A stretch of DNA of 59,587 nucleotides from a virus (lineage: Duplodnaviria; Caudoviricetes), in IMG/VR virus record IMGVR_UViG_3300029309_000030, positions 1-59,587 of that record; one strand, 5' to 3'. Each line of letters begins with the position of its first letter. Within the stretch, counting starts at the first letter, position 1. Both the position numbers and the translations under genes were made by a program. Positions 10,815-19,675 of the stretch are shown in pieces. The notes under the pieces are model-generated. The model was not told the DNA's origin and did no database searches. It saw nothing but the letters and a program-made list of their open reading frames with translations.

Positions 10815-11086
10815 TCCATAACCTGACTTGGGTCTGGTAAGAGGCTGGTAAGTTTCTTACCGTCTTCGGGCGATAGGCTTTCTACATCAATTTCTATAGA
10901 TTGCCCGGCTGGGTTTGTATAATGAAGCCAGTGGCTAAAAGCATGTCGCCAGTAGTCCGAAAAGTCTAGGCTACCGTGAGTCATTAACGGTGCTACTTTT
11001 TGAATATGATAAAAAGTCAAACGCCGCTTACTAACTTCTATTGGTTTACCATTTATTGTTATTTTACTCTTGTTCTCCTGTGACAT
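10751..11086 (-). CDS. Tail assembly chaperone (gpG-like)
   Basis: 111 aa just downstream of the tail tube gene, with an overlapping -1 frame ORF. Confidence 0.5.
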   Translation of the reverse strand: MSQENKSKITINGKPIEVSKRRLTFYHIQKVAPLMTHGSLDFSDYWRHAFSHWLHYTNPAGQSIEIDVESLSPEDGKKLTSLLPDPSQVMEWLVFRPAKSDKSSSSSTGDQ

Positions 11087-11282
11087 ACTTACTCACTTCC
11101 TCGTCGGATAGTGCCTCTTCCGAGGGGCTATCCTCCAGTTTCAGGTGAGCGAATGGGTCATCACTGGCTCGTCCTGCTTCTGGGTCAAAGAGGTATTCTC
11201 CTCCCTCTTCCTCTTCTTCGATTGCTGACGGTAATCTAAACATGACGAATGGGTTGAGCGAAATTCTCTCTCTCATCGGCAT
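11064..11282 (-). CDS. Small acidic hypothetical protein
   Basis: 72 aa, Glu/Asp rich, fills the gap in the operon with a GAGGGA RBS. Confidence 0.55.
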   Translation of the reverse strand: MPMRERISLNPFVMFRLPSAIEEEEEGGEYLFDPEAGRASDDPFAHLKLEDSPSEEALSDEEVSKYVTGEQE

Positions 11283-11291
11283 GTCAGTCCC

Positions 11292-13352
11292 TCAGCAATG
11301 GTAAATGGTATCTTCACTAATTACTTTAACATTCTGTGGTTTTAGTTTCAAAGTAGTAAACAATAGACCTTTGTCGTCAGGCACAGGTATTGCTAAATCA
11401 GTGATGATGTAATCGTCTATAATTATTCTAATACTAGGTATGGTATCAGAGCCAGTCGTTGTTGGTTTAGTGAAGTGCAACATGATTGTACCGCCAGTAG
11501 AATTTATTGCGCCGCCGCCTCGCTGCGTGTGAGTCCTCAATTCGTGAAATAACGCAGCGTCTTGAAGTGCTAGCGTCACCTCCATTTCAAACTGCTCTCT
11601 ACCTTCTCTGATTATCGAAGCGTTACGGGTTCCACCATATGGCACTTGTTTCAGACTCAGACCATTAGTGTCTACGCTTTCTGCCACTGGATTACTTTGT
11701 ATAGTGTGAAAGACCTCTACTCCAGTCTTACCTCTAAGTTCAAAGGCACTAACCAATCCTAAGTTTTGGTCAAACGCTGTAACACTTCCGTTGTAAAACA
11801 TAAACGGCTTTTCTGAGCCTTTGGCTATACCAGATGCCTTCCTACCTCTAAGCGTATCGGCAGTATTTTGAAACATTCTGTGAGCAGTATACCTGTCGCC
11901 TTTGTTACTCGCTTCTAGTCTACCCGTATCAGTGAAACAAGACAATGCGTCGAATATTGCACGATACTTCAACTCAGCATCAATAGTGCTTGATATCTCG
12001 TATTCAACTATTTTACAACCTCTAAATATCCGAGTAAGTTGTTTAGTGTCACCTGTAGCACCCGGAGCGATAGTGGTTTCATTGGTAGCGTTAAACGAAC
12101 CAGCATCTCGTGTTCTGACGCTATGTTCTAAGCAGAAACTCGGTATTGTATCACCAGAAAACAGCAGTCTGTGCACATGGTTGTCAATCTGTCGGTTAGA
12201 TTCTACATGAGGACTGCCGTCAGAATCATCGTCACGGTAGTGTCTCAACTCTAATGTGTCAGCGGTAGTGTGTTCAAACTGCCAATTACCGTCTACATAC
12301 AATCTAAATTTATTGCTACCTAGACTTTCTATTGCACTTATTCTTCTACACTCGTTGCTCTCTGCCCATTCAAAATGATGAGCGTCGCTGCTTAAATTAG
12401 AACTCGACTCATGTGGCCAATACTTGTCAGTATCAAGCGTTGGTGTTTTGTAAGTAGTCATAGGAACCAAGGTGCTATCTTTGATAAGTAAGTAGTCACC
12501 CACGGCTGCATCGGTGTTACTGCCAAATCGAACACTTGCAGATTGACTACTTAAGACATCAATATAACCTTGGCCGGGAGATACAGAGGCTACTATGCTC
12601 GGCACAGGACTAGTGCTGTGCACACGGTCTCCGCACTTCTCTTTGCTAACCACCTCCCTGCCCAAACTATAGAACAACCATTTAGGGCTATGCAAAGGCA
12701 TCTCGATTGCTCCACCCATGTGATGCACTTTGCCTGTTTGTTGGACTGCGACTTGTCTGCCCAAGCCTACGACATAGTAACTGTGCAAATCTACTTTGGT
12801 ATCGGGCAGCGTCATAAACGAAGCAAGTCCAATAAAACCGTCAATCAGACTGACCTCTTTAGAAGATGCTGCTGCCGTATTCATAACAGAATTAGTATCA
12901 CCTTGCACTGTCGGTAAACCAACTGAATGAATGAGAATAGCATCGCCTGTGCCGCTATTGACAGACGCTTGAAATGGTGTCAAAGCAGGTACAATCTTAA
13001 TTTTAGTAGAGTTACTGTCGAGTGTGTGGTCTATTATAGTGTAGACTTTGCTATTCAAGTCTGTATAGTAATAAGAAGAAAAATTGTTCGTGCCGACAGC
13101 AGAAGAATGGAATGTCATTTTTTGACCAATTAGCATGCCCAAAGGCATTTTCAAAATAGGCAGGGCTGGCTCAAATATACTTGTGTTGCCAGCGGCACTT
13201 GTACCGACAAACTGTATTTCAGTAAAGTCTGGAGATGAACTACTTGTAGTAGCAGTCCAAGTCCGTGGTATGTTATGTTCAATGAATAAACTAGTTTCCT
13301 GTCCCATAACAACTTCGGAGACATCTCCTTTGTAATGGGCACCAAAACTCAC
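11292..13352 (-). CDS. Major tail tube protein with inserted domains
   Basis: 686 aa. Follows a terminator-like gene. Beta-rich N- and C-terminal tube-like segments (PSFCLEHS, RIFRGCKIVEYEIS, GREQFEMEVTL). Confidence 0.55.
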   Translation of the reverse strand: MSFGAHYKGDVSEVVMGQETSLFIEHNIPRTWTATTSSSSPDFTEIQFVGTSAAGNTSIFEPALPILKMPLGMLIGQKMTFHSSAVGTNNFSSYYYTDLNSKVYTIIDHTLDSNSTKIKIVPALTPFQASVNSGTGDAILIHSVGLPTVQGDTNSVMNTAAASSKEVSLIDGFIGLASFMTLPDTKVDLHSYYVVGLGRQVAVQQTGKVHHMGGAIEMPLHSPKWLFYSLGREVVSKEKCGDRVHSTSPVPSIVASVSPGQGYIDVLSSQSASVRFGSNTDAAVGDYLLIKDSTLVPMTTYKTPTLDTDKYWPHESSSNLSSDAHHFEWAESNECRRISAIESLGSNKFRLYVDGNWQFEHTTADTLELRHYRDDDSDGSPHVESNRQIDNHVHRLLFSGDTIPSFCLEHSVRTRDAGSFNATNETTIAPGATGDTKQLTRIFRGCKIVEYEISSTIDAELKYRAIFDALSCFTDTGRLEASNKGDRYTAHRMFQNTADTLRGRKASGIAKGSEKPFMFYNGSVTAFDQNLGLVSAFELRGKTGVEVFHTIQSNPVAESVDTNGLSLKQVPYGGTRNASIIREGREQFEMEVTLALQDAALFHELRTHTQRGGGAINSTGGTIMLHFTKPTTTGSDTIPSIRIIIDDYIITDLAIPVPDDKGLLFTTLKLKPQNVKVISEDTIYHC

Positions 13353-13822
13353 GGTATCGACTCCGCTAATATTACAACTTCTACCTGAAAGGTATGTCTA
13401 AAGAGTTTCTTAGTTCGGTCAGACAAGTCAGTTCTGGTTTTCAAAACCATACGGTCAAAGTTAGCGCCGTCGCCTTTACGACTCGTGTGTATAATTCGGC
13501 GCATTTCGTTTTCCATTTTTCTCAACCTTGACCTACCCCTTGCAGTTCTCATGTCAATAGTTATGTTATAGCGGGTTGTAACAAAGTTGTAGAACAAATC
13601 TGGCACTCGCTCTTCTTCGGCAGTTTCGTAACAAAGAATGAAGTCGTGCCTTTGTAAATCTAACCTCTTACCTCTTTCCGGGCCCTCGCTAGCAATGTCT
13701 ATGATTATTGGTTTTACATTGTCAGTGTTACCTCTGTTCCAACCTGTACCAGTGCCAGCATCATGGTTGGCTTTTAACAAGTCGATGACTGTCTCCAGCG
13801 GCTCTTTGAATGTGGCAACCAT
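13349..13822 (-). CDS. Tail terminator / tail completion protein
   Basis: 157 aa between neck and tail tube genes; typical size and position; ITIDMRT...RRII pattern. Confidence 0.45.
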   Translation of the reverse strand: MVATFKEPLETVIDLLKANHDAGTGTGWNRGNTDNVKPIIIDIASEGPERGKRLDLQRHDFILCYETAEEERVPDLFYNFVTTRYNITIDMRTARGRSRLRKMENEMRRIIHTSRKGDGANFDRMVLKTRTDLSDRTKKLFRHTFQVEVVILAESIP

Positions 13823-15399
13823 TAGGCGAACACCACCACTTCTTTGTAGCGGGTCAATATGTCTGCGGCTTCTTTACGGAACAACTGGATTTTAGAACCT
13901 AAGTCGACATTCTGAGAGCCCTCTGGTATCAAAACGCTGCGGTCATCTGACATCAGTAAATCAGCCGCTACCATCTTAGTAGCAGCCTCTTCTATCGCTT
14001 TCTCCACATATCTTTCTCCGTAGATATAAGATACCTTGACAGAGTTGTGTTCAAAGAAAGGATATGAATTGTTGAAATAAACTATTCCCATCTCTGCATC
14101 TAGCCACCAATCACGCAGTCTTGCTTGGTCACCAGCGGTTCCTGCTTGTAAACTGAGTTGAAGCAAGTGCTGGGTAATAGTTCCACTAGGCGCTAGTGAG
14201 CCTACTACAATTGCACAATCTGTAAACGAAGTAGCAGTAATTCCTTCGTAACGGATTATATTGGTTCCATCTGTAAATACACCTGCCTTGGCAAACCCAT
14301 TCGTACTGTCTACATTTACTGTGCTACCTAAAAAACTAGTAACTGTAGCGGTGTTCTTAGTAACTCGTGTAAAGTCTATATCAGCAGAATTGCTGACTAT
14401 GCTACAAACTTCACCTGCTTTGGTCTGTTTCAGACTAGTGACTTTCAGTTGCCCGCTACCATAGTCAGCATTAGCGCTCGCAAAGAATTCTTGATTGACA
14501 TTTGCTGCGACATTATTTGAGCCCTCTGGATAAAAAATAGGTAAAAATGTCACAATTGACTTCCCTACTCTGTCTTCGTTGTTAATCAAATCAGCAAGGC
14601 TTTGTGCAGCACTGATTTTGTCAGTTTTAACTGACCATTTTAATCCGCTTACTCCTGTCGAACTTAAAGCCTCGGCCTCTAATTTTGCTGCACTACCGTT
14701 ACCGGGTGACAATACAATTGATTTACCTGCAAGTGCTCTCACATCATCTGGTAATTGTATACGAACCTCAGCGCCACATATCTCTCTATAGTTTTCACCT
14801 TGCCACATTTCTATCCTAAGCATTTGTTGAACATTTCTAAACAATAGAGGCGTAGTACCAACATAGTCAGTAAAATATCTGCGTCTGTATGGTTTGTATG
14901 TATCAAAGTTTAGGTATTCCGCCGAGACTAGATAAGGTCTCCAAGCATTATGAGTGATGTTGTCAATGCGGTCTTGTACTTCTTTGATTCTAGTCTCTAC
15001 GGTAGAGCGCTTCATACCACGAGTTTTACCATTAGTAAATGATGCTAAATTTTGTACATGTCCATTATCTGTGGTTTCGTAAAGACCGGGATTTATTGGA
15101 GCAATAAATGATAACTTGACACCACTTGCTGTAGAGGTTATGCTTGTTATCGGTCTTTCTAGTCCTAGCGGGTCAGCGTCGCTGTAAATTAATATTGTAT
15201 CTCCAGTCGAAAATCCAATGTTTCTGTAATCTCCGCCTGTAACAAACACTGCATTTGCCTCTGCATTTGCAGACATTAGTACTGCTTCACTAGGGCCTAT
15301 ACCAAGTAGGTCTGCAACTTTTTGAGCAGTAGTGTAAACTATTGCATCAGGGTCGAAAGGCCGAGTCTCAGGCTCTCCGGGTGAAAATACTACAGGCAT
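13822..15399 (-). CDS. Head-tail adaptor/neck protein with large insertion
   Basis: YTTAQKVADLL N-terminus, RIDNITHNAW, and C-terminal VKVSYIYG...AIEEAATKMVA are typical of head-tail connector proteins. Confidence 0.55.
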   Translation of the reverse strand: MPVVFSPGEPETRPFDPDAIVYTTAQKVADLLGIGPSEAVLMSANAEANAVFVTGGDYRNIGFSTGDTILIYSDADPLGLERPITSITSTASGVKLSFIAPINPGLYETTDNGHVQNLASFTNGKTRGMKRSTVETRIKEVQDRIDNITHNAWRPYLVSAEYLNFDTYKPYRRRYFTDYVGTTPLLFRNVQQMLRIEMWQGENYREICGAEVRIQLPDDVRALAGKSIVLSPGNGSAAKLEAEALSSTGVSGLKWSVKTDKISAAQSLADLINNEDRVGKSIVTFLPIFYPEGSNNVAANVNQEFFASANADYGSGQLKVTSLKQTKAGEVCSIVSNSADIDFTRVTKNTATVTSFLGSTVNVDSTNGFAKAGVFTDGTNIIRYEGITATSFTDCAIVVGSLAPSGTITQHLLQLSLQAGTAGDQARLRDWWLDAEMGIVYFNNSYPFFEHNSVKVSYIYGERYVEKAIEEAATKMVAADLLMSDDRSVLIPEGSQNVDLGSKIQLFRKEAADILTRYKEVVVFA

Positions 15400-15869
15400 T
15401 ACTGTCCCCCTGCGGGATATTGTGCATAATGGTCTTGCATAGTGTAATTATTTTGAGGGTCTATTGCGTTGTAATAACTAGCCTGTTCTATTTGTTCCTG
15501 CAATGTCGGAGGAGGTAAACCTCGCTGTTCACGAGTTCTGTAATTACCATAACCATCAGGGTCTCTTTGAAGAGGGGAATAGAAATGATTAGTCGGACTT
15601 GCATTAGCAAAACCTCCTCCCGCTAAAGGTATTCCCATTTCATCTAGTATGTCGCTTATAGCATTGCGTTCAGCCATCATAGAAAGAGTATTTCCTGCAT
15701 CTAGGGCTCTATCATAACCTGACAACTTTGTCCCAGCAGGATATCTTGCATCATAGCGGCTGGAATAAGGAAAAGTCTGTTTAACATTTCTAACAAATTG
15801 TTTGGGCGCAAAACTCTGAAAGTTTTGTATTGATTTCAACAAATCCCACGCTGCATCAAAAGCCCTCAT
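15399..15869 (-). CDS. Hypothetical protein with AFxxAWxxLK leader
   Basis: Begins MRAFDAAWDLLKS; remainder unrelated to other leader-bearing ORFs. Confidence 0.7.
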   Translation of the reverse strand: MRAFDAAWDLLKSIQNFQSFAPKQFVRNVKQTFPYSSRYDARYPAGTKLSGYDRALDAGNTLSMMAERNAISDILDEMGIPLAGGGFANASPTNHFYSPLQRDPDGYGNYRTREQRGLPPPTLQEQIEQASYYNAIDPQNNYTMQDHYAQYPAGGQ

Positions 15870-15913
15870 CTGCTCTCCCCCTAACTAAGCCATGATACGA
15901 TACATGATTAAAT

Positions 15914-16198
15914 CTACTGCTCTTTCACTCCTAGATTGAAGTCCATTTGCTTGCCGCAAGTCCTGCACTTATCGACCCAACAGAAGTAAAGCATACCGCA
16001 ATGTTTGCATCGTGTACCGCTACCAATGTTCAAGACATCACCAGCGTTCTTGTTACGGTTACGCTGCTTAAGAGTGACACCTTCTAACGGTCTTTCTTCG
16101 TCGGTTTTAATAGAAGTGCCGTATGATTCGTTGAGCCGAATACCACGCTTCTGTAAACGCTTGATATCGTCAAGTCCTAAACTACCAAACGCATCCAT
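15914..16198 (-). CDS. Zinc-ribbon protein
   Basis: CKHC...CRTC; GAGGTGG RBS. Confidence 0.7.
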   Translation of the reverse strand: MDAFGSLGLDDIKRLQKRGIRLNESYGTSIKTDEERPLEGVTLKQRNRNKNAGDVLNIGSGTRCKHCGMLYFCWVDKCRTCGKQMDFNLGVKEQ

Positions 16199-16207
16199 TC
16201 AACCACC

Positions 16208-16381
16208 TCAAGATGTGGTTACGAATATGTAGATGTTACCAAGTATAACTTGAGGGTCGGCAGAAACACATGTGTTGCCACCTATAGCAGTACTTATTGC
16301 ATTTTGTATGGTAGTTTTTCCACTACTAGTGTTAAAGTCTGCCTGTGCAAACGGGCCAAGTATCGTTACTGTTGTTGCCAA
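16208..16381 (-). CDS. Small virion-module protein (57 aa, below track cutoff)
   Basis: TTG start after AGGTGA RBS: MATTVTILGPFAQADFNTSSGKTTIQNAISTAIGGNTCVSADPQVILGNIYIFVTTS; fills the operon gap exactly. Confidence 0.6.
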   Translation of the reverse strand: MATTVTILGPFAQADFNTSSGKTTIQNAISTAIGGNTCVSADPQVILGNIYIFVTTS

Positions 16382-16386
16382 TCAAA

Positions 16387-17193
16387 TCACCTTCTTCCTA
16401 TAATTATAAATTTAAAATGTCCAAATATTGCTCTTTGAGGTTCGCCTGTTTCAAACAACTGTGGAAGTTGTACACCGACTTGAGCGGCAGCGAATAAGCC
16501 ACCAACTTCAGTTAAGTCTTCATTCGTTACTGGTCCACGCAAATAGACTTTATTTCTTTCTTCAATGAATTCAACACCCGGTCTAGTAACCTGTCTAGCA
16601 GGTTGTGAAGATGTGTGATATATTAGGTTTTTAGCGGGGAGGTTGGCAGGAGAGATAAAGTGTTTATCGGTCATCATTCCTGCTGGGACTATTCGACATT
16701 TTGGCTTATCGGTTCCCGATGTAGTTGGTATATCTAGCGTCACTATTTCTCCTACCTGATAACCCCTTCCAGCAGCAGACTGCTCCGTTTTATCACTAGA
16801 ATAAATAAGATTACTGTCTTGTTTTTGCACCGTGTTAGCGACAAACCTAGTGTCAACCATAACTCGTGCAACTTGCATACCTGTACCACTGCCTCCAATC
16901 ACTGGCACATTGATGTATGTTTCATTTGTTCTACCACCTGATGAAAGTGCACCTGCGTCGTCATCAAGATTGGTCCCTAATGTCATATATTGAAGGTCTA
17001 TAGGCTGCGTTGAGACATATCTAAAAGATAAAACTTCTCTCATAAAGTTACTTACATCTATAAATCCTTTATTATGCGTAGCACCATCTGCTGTGTTGAA
17101 TATTTGACTGTTATCCACTCTACCAGTAACTATTATTAAATTACCCACCGCTTGGGGGGCATCGAATCTTATTCCTGCATTGACATTGCCCAT
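16387..17193 (-). CDS. Putative virion decoration/fibre protein (paralog family member 4)
   Basis: AVGNLIIVTG at N-terminus, FIIIGRR at C-terminus; inserted GGSGTG...GRGYQVGEIVT segment. Confidence 0.55.
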   Translation of the reverse strand: MGNVNAGIRFDAPQAVGNLIIVTGRVDNSQIFNTADGATHNKGFIDVSNFMREVLSFRYVSTQPIDLQYMTLGTNLDDDAGALSSGGRTNETYINVPVIGGSGTGMQVARVMVDTRFVANTVQKQDSNLIYSSDKTEQSAAGRGYQVGEIVTLDIPTTSGTDKPKCRIVPAGMMTDKHFISPANLPAKNLIYHTSSQPARQVTRPGVEFIEERNKVYLRGPVTNEDLTEVGGLFAAAQVGVQLPQLFETGEPQRAIFGHFKFIIIGRR

Positions 17194-17194
17194 A

Positions 17195-17947
17195 TTATCG
17201 CTTCCCTATCAAAGTAAATTCACATGTTCTCTTAACATTTTCATTAGAGTCATTTAAAAGCCCGCCATTACCGCTGTCAGAATAAAAATTAATTATTTTG
17301 ATTTTGGTATTATTCAGTAAAAGAGGAAAAAATTGCGCTGCAAAAGCCGCATTGTTATTACTCGTATCATCTCCATAAGCCAATATTTCTGCCCCACTTC
17401 CGCCGCCCGGCGCTGCTACAGTTATTTTTTCCAAAAAATGATAACCAGTACCGTGTGTGGTTACATCTACTGAGGTTACGGTTCCGCCACTAACTATTAC
17501 CGTTGCACGCCCATTATTAGCACCACTGTCCTGCCCAGTTAAAACTTGGCCGGTGTGGGTTCCATTGGAGTAACCGCTTCCGCCGTTAACGATGGCTATT
17601 TTACGCTCAGTACCATCTACATATGTCTGCTGACCACCTATAAGACCTCTTTGACTACCGTTGCTTTGTGAGACAATGCTCGATACACAAGGGAAATTAA
17701 GTATTTGCTGATTACCTTCATTCTTTAATGGAGCGTGAACTTGTATTTGTTCTATCACAGTAGGACTAGAACTGCCCGCAATAAAATCAAAATCTAGTAT
17801 TCGACTGACATGGTCAGAAAAATCAAAACCGCCCCGGTCACCGACTACGAGACCGACAGCACCTGTACTTATGTCTAGTTCCCCGCTCAAGAAAACTAAA
17901 TTACCTATGACGGATTTTCTTGCGTTGATTATAGTAGGCTTCGGCAT
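17195..17947 (-). CDS. Putative virion decoration/fibre protein (paralog family member 3)
   Basis: VIGNLVFLSG...FTLIGKR; insert with IVNGGSGYS / VTTHGTGY repeats common in virion beta-proteins. Confidence 0.55.
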   Translation of the reverse strand: MPKPTIINARKSVIGNLVFLSGELDISTGAVGLVVGDRGGFDFSDHVSRILDFDFIAGSSSPTVIEQIQVHAPLKNEGNQQILNFPCVSSIVSQSNGSQRGLIGGQQTYVDGTERKIAIVNGGSGYSNGTHTGQVLTGQDSGANNGRATVIVSGGTVTSVDVTTHGTGYHFLEKITVAAPGGGSGAEILAYGDDTSNNNAAFAAQFFPLLLNNTKIKIINFYSDSGNGGLLNDSNENVKRTCEFTLIGKR

Positions 17948-18399
17948 TATCTTCTACTCCCTATGACTGTTAGTATTACATCTGTATTGTCGTTTACTGG
18001 TACCGCTTCGTAAGGCGTTGCGTTACTAGTTACGATAATTAGTTTAGTTTCATCTGCGTCTATATATACAAATGGTTGGATATTGAACTTTTCGTTGGTC
18101 GATAGCCCTCGTAAATCAAATGCTCCTTGGTCTGGTCCATTTCTTTTGAATAAACTATTATCCGTCTGAGTGGGAACACCCCGTTTACCCCTAGAAATTA
18201 TGTTAGCACTAAAGACTTCCCGCAAGCCCAATCTGCTGATAGATATAGTCAGTTCTTTTTGAAAATGGGCATCTGTTCTACTAAACACACCTTGGTCAGC
18301 AGTACTCGCATCAGTATGTGCAGGTATATCTATAGTCAACATTGTCAATTTGCCAATGTTACTGGTATCAGTCACAGTGAAATTAGTTAGTTCTGGCAT
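17947..18399 (-). CDS. Putative virion protein (paralog family member 2)
   Basis: NIGKLTMLT...LTVIGSRR termini. Confidence 0.55.
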   Translation of the reverse strand: MPELTNFTVTDTSNIGKLTMLTIDIPAHTDASTADQGVFSRTDAHFQKELTISISRLGLREVFSANIISRGKRGVPTQTDNSLFKRNGPDQGAFDLRGLSTNEKFNIQPFVYIDADETKLIIVTSNATPYEAVPVNDNTDVILTVIGSRR

Positions 18400-18411
18400 T
18401 CAGTCACCGCC

Positions 18412-18693
18412 TTAGTTGCGGCTCCCCATGGCAAACCATGTGCCGTCTTGACCGTTAACATTCTGTATAACCAAACTGCTTCCGTTGATTAAAGCAAAAA
18501 CTCCGTCAACACCTGCACCTGTCCCAGCAGTTGAACTACCAGCGTTAGCACCACATGCTACTATATTTACAAGTAAACCAGAAAGGTCTATACTACCACC
18601 AGCATCGCTGCCACCGTTAGTAAATGTTCCAGTAACCATCAATAAGTTACCTAATGTGTGAGGTCTTTCATCTATTGTGCTTGCGAATGCCAT
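18412..18693 (-). CDS. Putative virion protein (paralog family member 1, minimal form)
   Basis: 93 aa; TLGNLLMVTG...WFAMGSRN. Confidence 0.6.
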   Translation of the reverse strand: MAFASTIDERPHTLGNLLMVTGTFTNGGSDAGGSIDLSGLLVNIVACGANAGSSTAGTGAGVDGVFALINGSSLVIQNVNGQDGTWFAMGSRN

Positions 18694-19142
18694 TATTCTT
18701 CAACTCCGTCTGTCTCTACGATAGGGTCCTCGACTATAGTCTCTTCTACCACTTCTTCTGCTACAGGCTCAGGAGTAACCTTCTCAACCACTGGCTCTGG
18801 TGCCGGTGGATTGAGTGTAATCTTTACCTTGTCCAAGAGTTTTGCTTTAGTAGCATACCCTTTGATAGATACTCCTTTGTCCTTTAACCATGCTGTGATA
18901 TCCTTCTTAGTCCAGCCTTCATCAGGTAGTCCGTCGCCACCTTCGTCTACTGTGATACCTACTCCCGGTGTAGTCTTAGCATCGCCCTCGACTACGAACA
19001 CTGTTGGGTTAGTGCAGATAGCAGTACGGTAAGCGTCTAGCCATTCTTGAGAAACCTCTTTGACTTCTCTTCTTATCCAGACTTCTTTAGTACCCGGTAC
19101 TTTCCTATAGGCGTAGTTACCTATGTATGTAACTGTAGGCAC
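18693..19142 (-). CDS. Hypothetical protein with small helical (HeH/SAP-like) domain and acidic tail
   Basis: WTKKDITAWLKDKGV...ATKAKLL motif, a type often found just downstream of MCP genes. Confidence 0.55.
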   Translation of the reverse strand: MPTVTYIGNYAYRKVPGTKEVWIRREVKEVSQEWLDAYRTAICTNPTVFVVEGDAKTTPGVGITVDEGGDGLPDEGWTKKDITAWLKDKGVSIKGYATKAKLLDKVKITLNPPAPEPVVEKVTPEPVAEEVVEETIVEDPIVETDGVEE

Positions 19143-19152
19143 TTAAAGCACC

Positions 19153-19638
19153 TCAGTTAAGTAATAGTACTGTAATCTGACAAACTTGATTTGCGACTTC
19201 TGAATCTATGATAAGTGCCGGAAGAGTTCCTGAGCCAGTGGTTGGGGCTACTGTTGCATCTGCACCTGCCGTTCCTGTGTTATTCATTGTAATCGTTACA
19301 TCTTTAGCCGCAGTTGCCGAAGCGTATCCGACAATTCCAAGAATCTTTGATGCGCCCGCTGTAAAAACTAGCGGTTCAACAGTTGCTGCTTGAACAATAT
19401 TCACTGTGAAAGTGACCATTCTTAATCCGCCGTTAGCCAACCCGTCAGCGTTACTTGCAGTAAATCCTGTAAGGCTTCCGGGGTATGAACCACCGGAATT
19501 ACCGCTTAACCAACTTGTTTCGTCAACTGGGGTTCCTGTTCTCATATCAATATCAGCGAGAATATCAACAAGTGTAAAATCACTGTCTGCTACTTTGATA
19601 CTCAATCCTTTTTCTGTTTTGGTTGTTGTTGCTACCAT
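19153..19638 (-). CDS. Putative capsid decoration/cement protein
   Basis: 161 aa, Thr/Ala/Gly-rich, immediately downstream of the MCP; GGAGATGA RBS. Confidence 0.5.
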   Translation of the reverse strand: MVATTTKTEKGLSIKVADSDFTLVDILADIDMRTGTPVDETSWLSGNSGGSYPGSLTGFTASNADGLANGGLRMVTFTVNIVQAATVEPLVFTAGASKILGIVGYASATAAKDVTITMNNTGTAGADATVAPTTGSGTLPALIIDSEVANQVCQITVLLLN

Positions 19639-19675
19639 ATCTAATCATCTCCTAAAATATTTTCTCCATTAATCC

